Below, piece after piece: positions 1 to 12,736 of a stretch of 64,000 nt of DNA; within the stretch, counting starts at the first letter, position 1; each line of letters opens with the position of its first letter. The notes beneath the pieces are model-generated. The model made no database searches. It was not told where the DNA came from and saw nothing but the letters and a program-made list of their open reading frames with translations. The translations under genes and the position numbers were made by a program. Location of the stretch: NCBI GenBank assembly GCA_030704615.1, contig CM060734.1, positions 41,788,001 to 41,852,000 on the forward strand, in the 5' to 3' direction. Origin of the DNA: Takakia lepidozioides. Lineage: Eukaryota; Plantae; Bryophyta.

Positions 1-414
1 TATGCATGCTACCAACTATGTTCAACTCTCTGTGGTATCCAGTTAGCCAGAAGTACCACCTATAACTTTGTCGATCATGAAGTTGTCGATAAGCTTTCAT
101 TGAGTCTAGTACAGTCCTGGTATTGAAAATTCCGAGGTTTCATGGTATGTTCATGCCTTAGGCAGGAGATTGATAAGCCCTCTCTGTTGGTCCCTGTGGG
201 TTTCAAAGGCCGTCCTCAGATATGTGCTAATGATAAACAATGGGAGCAACAAGGAAAACTATGAAAACGAGTTCCCGTTTTGTAATCAGAGGGTATGGTG
301 GGTGAGAGGACTCAATCCGATGTTCTCAATTGTGGAATTGAAGTCATGAATGAAGCAACTTGTACTCCAGTGCGTGGACTTAGTGGTTCTAATGAGCTTC
401 ATGATGGGTAGCAG

Positions 415-963
415 CCCTACAGATGTCAATGAACGATGCGGCGGCGGCGGCAGCAGCATCGGGTAGCAATACCGACATGAACAAAGTGCTCGACCAAAGC
501 TTTGTGACCTCAGTCCTTTCTCGGGTATGTCTGCCCTCTTGTGTGAACCTATCATTGATGGATCCACATCCAGAGGAGAGTCTGTGCATCAATTTCACAT
601 TATGGAAACAATTTAGTGATCTGGTCCTAATTGGACAAAAGAATGTTGGCAACGTGGGAAAGTTATTGGCATCACTGATAAATGGTAGCGTACTAACCAT
701 TTCTTTAGAAGGAGACTGGAATTCTCTCTACATAGCTAGCCAAACTTAAGTTACTACACCTGACTGACTTGCTAAGACAATCGCTTGATATCAAGGTCCA
801 CTGATTTGCCTGTTTAAAAGCAGTGATAATATTATTATAGTATGTGGCTCCACAGCAATTGTAGTAACATGCTTTGTGGTTGTGGCACAAGCAGCTTCCT
901 GGTGTGGACCCCAATGATCCGTCAGTCCGGGATGTGCTGGCTTCATTGCAAGCAGAGGAAGAG
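415..963 (+). CDS. RPN10: 26S proteasome non-ATPase regulatory subunit 4 (RPN10), 3' exons only; gene starts before the window
   Basis: Exon 415-524 (cag|...|gtatgt) reads (A)LQMSMNDAAAAAAASGSNTDMNKVLDQSFVTSVLSR. Exon 895-963 (cag|...|gtaagc) reads LPGVDPNDPSVRDVLASLQAEEE. These match the last UIM and the DQSFV..LPGVDPNDPSV tail of plant RPN10. The terminal exon is uncertain (candidate acceptor at 2110). Confidence 0.85.
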
Positions 964-2303
964 GTAAGCCTTGGCTCAAGAAGACACTAATCCAACATGA
1001 ACTGAAGAGTGAGCTGTCTGAGTTTGGGGGGGGTAATAGGCTGGGTTTCCCTTTTTTCAGGTACTACTTGAGAGGAGTTTTGAAGTGCTTTTATGACCCT
1101 AGAGATAGTCTCCTCAATTCGAAAGCTGTCTCAGAATCATATGCATGTGCTAAAGGAGGAGGTAACAAATGCAGCACTGCACGTACAAGGGATCAATTTT
1201 GATAGAAGGGGTGAAGAACTGATGATATTGTTAGCCTCCGATGGTGAGAACCCTATTGTGGAGAGAAGGATGGTGGGGGAGTTTGGGTGCATGATGACCT
1301 ACTGAAAGAAACCTGGAGTGCAAGGTTGGGTGTTGAGTGGACCTACAACATGGAATAGGTGTTGTCGGCAGATGTTACATAGTGATTTGAAATGGCTCTA
1401 TTACCCTGGTGATATCTTCAGAAGTATTAAGAAAAATTCGGCTGTGGTTTTCTTTGGTGTGTTCAGGAACAAGGGAAGGGGGATTCCAAGACTCAGGACA
1501 AGGAGGGCTAGAAGTTATTAGCATTTTAGAATGAGTTTCCAATGAGCTGAAGGAATGGCATAGAATGCAGCCAAATGTCCAAGCGCTGCTCACTTGCATT
1601 GGCACATGTAGTTACATCATAAATGACCCAGGCAAAAATTGGATGAGTTTTATGACCGTTTCTTTTGGAATATTTAGGAGCATGCTGCTCATAGTTTACA
1701 AGTCGGAACTGCAGCTTATTGAATGTCATTTGATGTTAATAGCACCCACTGAATGAGGTCTACTTTGGACCTCCTCTAAGAAATTTGATGGGATCTTTGG
1801 GCATTGTGCCAATGCCTGTGTTTCAACTTTCAATCAACTGCCTTCAAAAGACTGGGTTATGGGAACACCGCACTCAGCATACATCCAGTTCTTTTCTCTG
1901 AGAGGGTGGCATATTGTGAAAAGACAGCCCAGGACCTGCTCTTAATGCAAAGGCTGTGGTGGTGTGCACAGTGTGGCATTCATATGCTCATGCTGCTGTA
2001 GTGTACTTGTTGTGGAGGACTTTATGGCAGTCATGGCTGTAGTGACCCAACTGAGGTACGAAACATTGTCTGTACATACCACCGACTAACAGCCGCTGAC
2101 TCACATGCAGATTGTGAAGTTGGAGAAGAAAGGGAGGGTAACAAGAGCAACAGTGAAGCATGCTTCAATAGAAAGTAACAATGTCTTCACACTCTTTGAC
2201 CAGCCTTCATCAATTTGTCTTGGCCACAAGGCTATGGCAATCTAAATCTTTATTCCCTCTCCCCTCAAGATTGTTTGTAAGGATATCTCTCCCTCTCCCC
2301 CTT

Positions 2304-5300
2304 CTACTTTGCAGAGACACTAACTTCATTAGCAGATACAGACAGGGGTATGCGCACAACATGGCCTCTGCTTCCTTTCCAAACCAGAGATCCAAAGGTA
2401 AAAGCCTCAATGGTTTCAGTGGCCTGCAGAGTCACAGTCAGGGTTATACTTGTTCCTTGGCTGATAGTGAAGTTTGCAGGTTCCACAGAAACCTTAATTC
2501 CTCTGGGTGGATAGATCTGTACTATGTACCTCTCCACCCCGCTCACACTTTTCAAGGTTCGATTCACCAGTCGCTTTCCAACCAGGTTTGCCACAGTTAT
2601 CGATGGCATGTTGAGATCAGACGAACGAGCACCGATGTCTTGTTTGCATGTAGCTCCCGTTGCATCCTGGACTGTGTTCGTGTCTGCGCCAGGGAGTGTG
2701 CACAGGAAATTGACATAGTCCTCGAAATCTGTGCAACAAACTCACACGCTGTGTCAGTGGGGATATGTGTGTCATCTGCAGAGGTCAGTCCCCACATCCT
2801 GATTTTTGTGAAGTCCTCTACAGCAGAATCCTAAGTGATGGAATCAACGAGACGTACCTCTTTCGAAAACAAGCCCTGGGTTGAAAGCTGCAGTGGCATT
2901 AACCGCGCCACTACCAAAATCGAAAGGAGAACCAGGTCCTAACATGGTAGATGCTGCAGCTGTTGATGGTTGCTGTGCTAGCAAGGGTTTCCGCCATGCG
3001 TCAAGGGAACTAGCTGTGGTTAGAATTGCTGAGTGGATAGCGGAGACGCTCCACTCTGGGTGCTTCTGTTTCACGAGGGCGATGATGCCGGCCATGTGGG
3101 GAGTAGCCGCACTTGTTCCTGATATCATTGCAAAGCGTTGCCCTGTGGTGCATCAGACAGCAGAGTTAATTAGTCTAGACCTTGTTCATTCCTCGCTTAT
3201 CTCTTCTCTGTTATACGTCTCACATTAATCCATACCTCAAGGAAACCGTCCTTCATTGTAATTTGCTCACCCCACTCCCAGTGATTCATGCAGCAACATT
3301 GAGATTTCAGAGAAAGATTCGAGTTTCTAGCTCATGTACCATTATAGCCAGCGATATCAACACCGCGGGGGGTCCAGGCTCCCCATATCTGGTTTCCAGG
3401 TGCCACCACATCGGGCTTCAACAGATCTGCTGCTTCTGAAGTGATTGTGTTTGCCAAAACTGGGCCTCGTGATGAGAATGATGCCACTTGCGGTGCCTCT
3501 ACATTAAATGAAGCTTCACGAGAATCCTTCAACATAGCGCGTGCCCGAAACTCGACAATGTTTCCATCCTTGTCTCTCTTGGCTCTTGACCAGTAGAAGT
3601 TGAGAATTTCCTGCAATCCATCACAGCATTGTGTCCGTGTTGAGGAATCTAGAGGCATGTACTTCCTTCCAACCATCCTCCCATGTCAATGACTTATGAT
3701 TCCTCATTCTGTTTCTTTGATTGCACACTCATAAAGCAGATACATTGTATCTAAACGGACACAAACAGTGTGTTGACGTTTAGACTCTACCTGGGACATG
3801 TTGTTATCTGCGACGAAAACAGCAGGGATGGCAAAAGGAATCGGATCGAAAACAAATGGCGTCTGCTTCGAGCTGGCTTCTGAGCTGGTCTTAGATATGA
3901 CAATGACACCAGCAGCTGTCAGGTTCTTTGCGGTTGCAACCACACTGTCGAACTGGGCTGCAGCGCCGCCCGCAGAGTACTCCACAAAATTGCAAATCAA
4001 AATCTTGTTCTTGACGAGTGTGACATTGAAGGGGTTGGGACTCTGGCAGAACGAAAAGTATTCGGCATCAAGGTGGGCGCTTTCAGCACTGAGAGCATCT
4101 TCCGAGTATATAAGAGGGTGCCACAAATTGCCTCGGGTTCCAGCTGCAGATGTATCCACAGTGCATTCTTATTACATTCTGTGCTCAAGAGAGATTCAAT
4201 CTACCCCTACAGGCAAGATAACTATGTTAGTTATGTATACTGGGCATCTGGGGACAGTATTAGATCATGTTTGTACTTGAATAGTATTCGTTACAATGTG
4301 AAACACCAATCTGTAGCCTGTCGTTGCTTGATGTGTTCCTAGTCGCAGAGAACAATCTGAACTGATGTATCTGAGCATCGATGCACAATGTGAGGCTTTC
4401 AATGAACATTTGAATTTAAGATAATTTTCAAGAAAAAAAAAGTGCGGATTGTGTACGTGATAACCCAGATCCGATAATCTGTTGACCAGTTCTCAATATA
4501 ATTGGATTGGCGTATGAACGATCGCTGAGACCCGCTGCAATGGAGATTAGCCAGGGCCCATAAGAATTCATAGTCAATGGGAACGGTCCCGCATTGCCAG
4601 CAGCGTGAACAACTGAAACACCTGCTTTGACGGCAAAAAGAAGACCGATATCGAAGTTATTGAGGCATGGCACGCCAGTTGCACTGTCGTGGGAGCCCAG
4701 AGAAATACTGAGGACATCAACCCCATCTTGCACGGCCTGCACATTATAAAATTGTTATGTGGGCGAGATTCATGTCAAACTAGCATGTGGGCACGAGGAA
4801 TTGATCTTCAAGATTCTTAGTCTTTCTCTGTTGGCTAGTGATCAGCAATGCGGTGGAACACTCAATCGGTTTATGTTTCTCTGTTCTTCTGTAATACACC
4901 CAGACCTCCCTAGTGTCAGCAGTTCTAGTAATTTACTTGAATTTATGCCACTTTTGCTTAGTTCCATTGCAGCACCACATGGTATTGCCGAAGGGCCGGG
5001 ATCGAATTCTTGAGCACTGGAAGCAATTTCGTAAGGAGTTCATGATCTTCATAAAAGGGATAATGTTGCCTATGAGTATTTTATAAGTGGGGATACTATT
5101 TATGAATGTTTGTGAACCCCTTTGTCCTCCCAGGAGGAAGAGAGAGGACCTGATCGATTCCTGCAAGTACATCAGAGAGGAAGCCCCCGTCCCGAAAGAT
5201 CACTTTGTACACTGCTATCCTGCCAACCCCACCCTCCATTGTTGCAACCTTCTCTTGTGCAAGTTATTCTCATACCAACTTCTTACTCGTTGTTTCGTTG

Positions 5301-6841
5301 CAGAAGCTTTGGGTTCGAAATATATATACAACAAAGGTCAATGCGACTTCCATGTTCTTGCTCGTCTTATGTCAAATGATCCACCAATTTGGAGTTACAA
5401 TCTTCTTAGAATGGAATCTTAATCGAGTAGTTATTTAAAGAGAAAAACCAACCGAGCGCGAGGAGCTATGCCACTGGCAACGCCGTAGTTAAATCCTTTC
5501 ACTATCACAGGTACCCCTTGGCTCCCAGCTGCCGTTGAACTTGTGTGTCTGTTTGTCCACGAAACAAAGTTAAAATGTCATGTGCGAAGTAAGCTCGATC
5601 ACTTTCGAACACACATCCAGACAAAAGGCCGGATTCAACTGATGATGTTATGGAGGTGCCAGGCTGCATCAGATATTTAAAGCACGAGTACAAGTTCCCA
5701 GTTCACAGAAATTTGAACTTACGTGCCATGTCCATCTCCATCAAGCGGAGATGCGAAGTCATATGTCGTGTTGAACATATTTGCTGCAAGAATCCCTTTG
5801 GCAAAATACCGTGCACCGATGATTTTTCCGTTGCACGACCCTGCAGGAAAGGTGGCTGAACTTTGACACCCTCCCTTCCATCTTTGTAAAGGGGCATATG
5901 GCTTGCTCCAGAATTTCGTCTCACGAAAACTGGCGTGGTTGGGATCAATGCCTGAATCCAACATTCCTACAACGATACCCTCTCCAGCATTTTCTGGTCC
6001 GCCATCAATCGCCCAGGCTCCGTTGGGAAGGCCTAAGAACTCAGGCGTATGTGTTGTGGCCTTTTGGTACAATCTGTCGGGCTCCATTGACAATATAAGA
6101 GGGTGTGTTTCCAATAGTCGTGCCTGCACCCATGGATGCCCACATAATGAGCTAGAAGTGATGCATCACATGTAGGTACTATGAGCAATTTTCTGCCCAA
6201 AGAGAAATACAGTTGCGCTGCGACTAGCAATCAAACAGTGCTCAAAATGTCGAGCCAACCTGGTTCTCGGGGGAAGACAATCGGACAGAGAATGCATTGA
6301 GAACAGTGGTGTAGCTGTATAGCTTTTCAAAACTTCCTGGCTCCATTACATCTTCTAACACACCGTCGTGAATACTCGTCAGATATTGCGCATATTCTCG
6401 GGCTGCTTGGCTTCAATGCCACATGAGAGATCGAAAAGAAACCCGTCAAGTCAACGAAATCCGGACTCCGGATTTACTCAAAGCTGAGAGTATGTAATTA
6501 CGTACATATGTATATATTAACGAAGTGGCGACTTGAATCACTATCTGTCAAGCATGGTGTGCATATGGGAGGGAGACGCACAGAGATCAGAGGGTATGAC
6601 AAGTGTGAGCCACAGACCTTGTGAAATCAGCTTTCTCTCCTCTCTTAGCTGCAGTTGGAGCATAGCGTAAATCCACCTGCGAGCCATCATAAGCAGCAAC
6701 TGGAGGGCCCTTAACACGTACAATATACACATCGTCCGACACCCGACCTGCAGCCATTGCTGTGAATATATGCCCCATCAACAACATCCCAAGTACTAAA
6801 AGCCACCTCCTACTTGACTGCACGAACTCCGCCTCCCTCAT
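2304..6841 (-). CDS. Subtilisin-like serine protease, SBT2 subfamily-like (signal peptide, I9 prodomain, S8, PA, Fn3-like), multi-exon
   Basis: Hydrophobic N-terminus followed by VYIVRV. Catalytic motifs LDSGIDP (Asp), DGDGHGT|HTSSTAAG (His), AAGNAGP (oxyanion Asn) and ISGTSAATPH (Ser). Also VASFSSRGP, LLKPDVVAPG, PFDFGSG and VVRIPLSV. GT-AG boundaries were checked for several exons. Confidence 0.93.
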
Positions 6842-6959
6842 TGTGTCTGCCCTCTATCCTCTCCCCCCTCTCTCTTCTGGTTCGTTGGAGAGCACTGCAA
6901 ACAAAAGCTCTGATTGTGGAGATGTTTACAACCCTCCTTCAACTTCTACTGCATCTATA

Positions 6960-7001
6960 CACACACACACACTCTCTCTCTCTCTCTCTCTCTCGCTCTC
7001 T
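6960..7001. repeat. (CA)n(CT)n microsatellite upstream of the subtilase start
   Basis: cacacacacacactctctctctctctctctctctcgctctct. Confidence 0.9.
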
Positions 7002-7439
7002 CCACTGTCTTCAATCCCTGTGTCTGCGCAAGAGAGATTTCTTGGTGTCCATGCGGGAATTTATATGGACTGCGGGAAAATATAGATATTTGAATTTCGA
7101 AAAACAGAGAGGGCAGGTGGAGCGCGCAGGTAAGATAGTAACGTCCGTTACGGCCTAACCGCCCCGCAGCCTCCGCACGTGCAAATTGCTGCTCTTGCTC
7201 TCTATATCACGTGCTACAATGCTGGAACTGTGAACACCGAGCATGCCGTCTCGGGCTCAAATCTAACTTCGTACACCAGCTTCCACTTCGGCATTGATCG
7301 ATCCAATCCGCAAGGCATGGAGTCCATCCGATGGGTCCTTAGTCCTTACAGAGCTTACCGAGAACCTTACAGACCTACACCAATCTTTTCCGAGAGGAGA
7401 CTCAGAAAACTACTGTAAACACCATGAGATCTGAACTCG

Positions 7440-8130
7440 ATCCCCACAAACTTTATTCATGCATGGCTTGCCAAACTCGAGGAAACTAATGTCTACAGTC
7501 TGCACCAAGAAACGATTTCATGCCACCAAGAAGCGCTATGTCAGATGTTGGGAGCGTTCTAGACCGCCAACCAACACAAATCTCTAACTTAACAGAGCGG
7601 CTCAGTTGTGAATCCCAAGATCATCGACCGCAGACGTAGGCTACTCTAGATTCTCATCTGTAGGATTTGTTGCTTGAGCCTTGATTTGGGGGAATGCTTT
7701 AGAGAATCCAACGCTAGAGGACTGCGTGACTATTCTGGGAAACACAAAGGTTACTTGTATCACCACACCATGCCCGATTCACACAGAGTGTTTTGCTGTA
7801 AGCATAGAGAATGCCTCTTCTTTTACTCCTACACCAATCTTCACACTCTACAGTCTGTCTTTTGCAGGCCCAGCTACTCTATTCATACCTTCCCCGTCAA
7901 CGCTGCATGTCCAAAGTTCACAGGAGCACCAAGAATTTATAATCCCCACCTCTCATCAAAAGACCGTGTATATATGTCTATCGTCACTGAGATACACACT
8001 GTGGAGGCCCCCATCGCTGGAGAGCTCTCACATCAGAAATCGACACTATCCAATGTGCGAGATGTCGACCTAGAAAATGCACGAGCTATTTGTACAAAGG
8101 AGTTGCATGGGACAAAGTTCGTTAGTACTT
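7440..8130 (+). mobile_element. Possible decayed LINE ORF2 C-terminal fragment
   Basis: Broken ORFs include ICLSSLRYTLWR, resembling the LW..W..RN motif at the end of plant LINE ORF2. No other hallmark seen. Confidence 0.25.
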
Positions 8131-8440
8131 GAAGCCTGACTTTGCCTACGTGGATCTGTTAGAACTCGCCACCTGTTATATAAGTCACTTTTCTAATCCT
8201 GCCACCTCGTTACTGTAGCCACATCATGGGCGCCAGTGGGTGGAAATTCTTACATTCTTATGGCCCCGCGATTCTGGGAAAATGATAAGAGAAAAAAAAA
8301 AATAGGGCATTAAAACTCCATATTTAAGAAAAAGCCAAATGATTGTGTACTCAATGGAGCCGCGTGTAACCCTAAGCGCAGGTACGATCTACTTTTGGCT
8401 CTTGACTCCACTGGATCATTAATACTGCTAATCACGACTC

Positions 8441-8566
8441 GCCACGTATGTATATCGTACTATATATGGCACCGCTATAGGCGGCGAGAGTTTTGAAGGT
8501 CCCACGTGTACTAACGGTACTGCGGTCCCTAGTCGCCACGTACGCCGGTAGACCCTGACACGTGTA
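8441..8566. promoter_or_regulatory. Cluster of ABRE/G-box motifs upstream of the membrane-protein gene
   Basis: GCCACGTA (8441), CCCACGTGT (8501), GCCACGTA (8535) and GACACGTGT (8557) within about 125 bp. Confidence 0.55.
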
Positions 8567-9009
8567 CTGATGACCTGGCCGGTACGTCCTCACGGCCAGC
8601 TTTCCCGTGACATGACTGCAGCACGCGAAGTATTGCGGGAGTTGGCCGCTCCCTCTCGTACTTGTTTCGACCTCGGGGCTTTCAGCGCTGCTTAACTTAC
8701 ACGCATTCTTCTCTCCTTCGGCTCTCCTTCGGATGTTTGGGTGGAGGAGCTCAGCTACAAACCACAAAATTTCTATTGATCTTGTTCCATGTCTCGCTGT
8801 TTTCTTCTCAGTCTCACTCCCGATATCTAGAAGGCATACATGCTTAGTTTACCGTGTCTTTCTAAACTCCCACAGCTGGGTATCCTTTTGTACATTTCTG
8901 AATGGTAGTTTGCACTTGTCAAAGGTGGACTACGGTCTAAGGCTGAAAGTCTTTACTGTTGCTGGCATTATCGGCTTCTGTTAAAGCACCAAGTGGAGGC
9001 ACTGCTGCC

Positions 9010-12000
9010 ATGGGGGCGGCGATATTGTCCGTTAGGAGCTCTCTAGGAAGGTGTTTGCTTGTATTTTTGAGTGTCCTAGCTCTTACAGTGTTGGCTTCTG
9101 CGGCGCCTCGGTCCTCTATCCCTGCTCAGTTGGCATATCAAGTACGTCCGTTGGGTGCCATTCACTCTGGTAAGCTCAGTTCTTCTCCAACCTTCAGTCC
9201 TGTGTTCCAGCTTATTTTTAGTTAGTAGAAAACAGGCGAACGACGGCAAAACAGCAGGGGGAAGAGCGGTGGCGGATAGAGAGAATGGGAGAGTATGCAG
9301 TATAGATGGTGATATGCAACTTAGTTCTTGAGTGGAGTCCTAGTGTTATGGTGACGCAACATCTTCCTGCGATGCTGACACTGTTCTTCTCTTCTTGGCT
9401 GCGATGTATTAAATCGGGTGGGGATGCCGGGCACAGGTAGCTGGTCACGAAGTCTCAAACAGGCGGATGTGGTTCCGACATCAAATGGGTCCTTTGTACT
9501 CGCGGCTAAACGAACAGACAGGCCTGACCCACTCAAAAATTTCCATCACTACCATGGAGGGTGGGACATACGCAACCAAAGCTACTGGGCGGTATGAAGC
9601 TTTCTATTGCCCTTTTGATTAGGAGTTTGTGAGTTTGGCAGTTGTGCAGCCTATGCAGAAATGTCATATGCATTCGACGGATTGCTAGACAAGCTGGAGT
9701 GCTTTCCCATCCCTCAGAAACCAGTCTGTACGTTTGCGTCCGAGCTATAGCTGGAAGTGGCTCATGCCATGGTAATCAAATTGAGAAAACAATTGCAGCG
9801 TGGATATGCATATAACATCCAGTGTTCTTCACGTGCATTGGCCAGATCGACACTCTAATTGCAAGTTTGGTTTTTATGCCAGGGAACGTTAAGTCCTTCG
9901 GGAAGAGCTTGCACTGCAATGCAACTAATGGCATTTACTGGGTGGGGCAGTCTGTGGGCTTCACAGGAATTCCTGGCTTTATACTTGCATTGCTGTGGCT
10001 GGCTCTTGGGCTAATGGGCCTCTTGCTACTCTGTTGCTGCTTCTGTTGCTGCATTGATCAAGCAAAGCATGAACATGACCATGGAAGATGTGGCTATTTC
10101 TTTTCTCTCTTCCTTCTTCTACTCTTTACAGTCGCCGCCATGTAAGTACATTTGAGAGAGCTTTGTAGGATAGAAACGTTCTTCATGTCTAGTATGCAAG
10201 CACACCAAGAGGATGCACAATTCAGCTGACAATATTGGTTAAGGTCACAGTAGTTAAGAGATAGATGGAGGGGTATGAATATTTTACCTTAATTCAGGAA
10301 GGTTATTGGAACACTGAAAAGGCTTGCATTAGTGTTGCACCCAACTGGTCAGTAAAGCCATCAACTGCTTGAGTTTCTAATCCAAATGACTGAAGGATTC
10401 TAAGGTTCACAATGGGTGGGTGCAGCGGCGGATGCTCTGTGCTGTTCGTAGGGCAGGACAAATTTCACAAGGAGCTGTCCCAAACACTGAATTATGTGGT
10501 CAACACATCAGACACAACTGTGCAAGAGCTGCACAACGTGACCTTGTTCCTGTCACAGGCTAGCAATATTGATGTGGAAAGCTATGGGATTCCTTCCACC
10601 GACAAACAGAAAATTCAACAACTGAATGTGCAAATTGACCAAGCTTCTGCCCAGCTGCAGAACAAAACCGAGAGCAATGCGTCCAAAATCCGGAATGTCA
10701 TCAATAATGTGTATGTGATTCTGTTGCTGCTCAGATTTCTATATGGCATTTTCACCATATGTGTTGTGTACATGTGACTCTTCAAGTGGTCCTTGTTTGC
10801 CCACATCATGAAGGGTTTCAAAGCACCCGCTTCTGAATGAATCTGTACTAAGTAGGGTCTCCCGTCCTATGGAAGATGAAACCGTTACATCTCTAATTGC
10901 AAAATAGTGAGAGTATGACTTGTTTGTGTGATTTCAGTTTACAGAAAATTGCATTGCATGTGGGTTTAATCTTTCTTTGAGTGAATAAACGGATAGTGTG
11001 TCTATGTATTGAAGGATTATTGCTGGCCATGTCACTGACAAACTGCACTTTATCATGCAGACGGCTGGCTCTCATTATTGTGTCAGGAGTAATGCTGTTA
11101 CTTGTACTTCTCGGCCTTTGTAAGGCTCAACCTCTCTTAGCCTGTCTTAATTCTTTTGCAGCTTGCTTCATGATTGGGGAGTCTTCTAGTACGGTATCCA
11201 CAATCTTTCTGGCTCTCACATAGGATATTATATCTGGAAAGTCTCAAACTGGGAAACTTTGTATCGCTAGTTATTGGCTCTGAGAACTTTGCCTCTTGTT
11301 CTGACTGGGAAAAATGCTGTGCTTGCTCTTGGCAGTATTTTCGGCTTGCGGGGTTCGTTCGGTGGTGTATTTGTAAGTTATCAAAGACCTCCATGCATAC
11401 AATTGAGTTTATTCTGAATGTTTGGGAGGGGAGCACCTCAAGTAAATAAAGTAGGATTCGTCACCTGTGGATGAATGGCAAATTGGTGGACCCCATAGGA
11501 CGAGTTCAATGTAGTTTCTGAATGCTCTGAAATGCCATACTAAAGGGTTATCGTTTGATCGACAGTCTGGTTGTGGTTGGCTGGATATTGGTGGTGGGGA
11601 CATGGATTCTGTGTGGTATCTTCATCCTTCTTAACAAGTAAGCTGTCTTACTGTGTAGGAGAGGATGGCAAAGCTGAGTGTGACGAGAGACAGGCTACTC
11701 ATAGTTGCAGCACTCAGGAGGAAGCTACTGAGTATCCATCTTAGTTGTTTAGTCCTTCTCTGTTGTGTATGATTTTAATTAACTTTGTAGCTGTTAGGTT
11801 GCTTGTCAAAACTTGCAAGGCTGATTGGCAAGTAAGAACATGTTCAATTTTCTTTCATTTAATAGTAATGGGGATTCTTTTGTCCTTGGTGTTTGCAGTG
11901 CGGTGGGAGATACATGTGTGGCAATGCAAGAATGGGTCAACAACCCATATGCTCACACAAGCTTGGATGACATTTTGCCTTGCGTGGATCCACAGACTGG

Positions 12001-12736
12001 ACACAATACTCTGCTTCAGAGCAAAGGAATCACAAGCACCCTAGTCAACAATGTCAACCTTGCAATTAGTATCGTGATCAATAACAACAACAACAAACTT
12101 CCAGCCCCTCTGTTCTATAACCAATCTGGACCAGCCTTGGCCCCCCTCTGCAACCCTTATGGATCTGCTCCTAACTACTCTGATCAAGCTTGTGCAGATG
12201 GCACTCTTGACTTGGCAACTGCAGCAGGGGTGAGTCTTCCATGGAGTAGGCATAACAGTGGGGTTTCTTTTCATATGGGCAACTGCATTTTTCATTTCCA
12301 GACTTCTCAGTTTGTATGCAAAGGTCATTGTGAATGTTCCTTCCTAGGGAGGTTAGGGTAAAGGCTGCTCTGACATGTTGGCCTGAAATGGCAGAACTGG
12401 TCCAACTACATCTGTACTTCAAATGCAAATGGAGAGTGCACATCGAGAGGTCGATTGACTCAGAAAGTGTACAACCAGCTCGCTGCAGCCACCAATGTTT
12501 GCTTTGGGTTACAGCGATACGGTCCCTTCTTGGTTGACCTGGAGGACTGCCAAACTGTGCGAAATACATTCACAGCAATTGAGAGGCAGCACTGCCATAA
12601 GTTGCGTAAGTACACCAAGTGGGTGTGGGTGGGCTTAGCCATTGTCTCAGCAGGGTCCATGCTTTCTATCCTCCTATGGATGATCTATATTCGCAGACGC
12701 AACTACAGGTATGGGGGTTCTGGTAAGAAAGTCTAA
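9010..12736 (+). CDS. Uncharacterised multi-pass membrane protein (Arabidopsis At2g12400/At1g71110-like family), multi-exon
   Basis: Signal peptide, then exons encoding SFVLAAKRTDRPDPLKNFHHYHGGWDIRNQSYWA, SVGFTGIPGFILALLWL, GCSVLFVGQDKFH, GDTCVAMQEWVNNPYAHTSLDDILPCVD, YNQSGPALAPLCNPY and YGPFLVDLEDCQTVR...WVWVGLAIVS. Confidence 0.88.

Noticed and set aside
2181-4342. Long plus-strand ORFs (217, 115 and 160 aa)
   Set aside because: Antisense shadows of subtilase exons with no independent motifs
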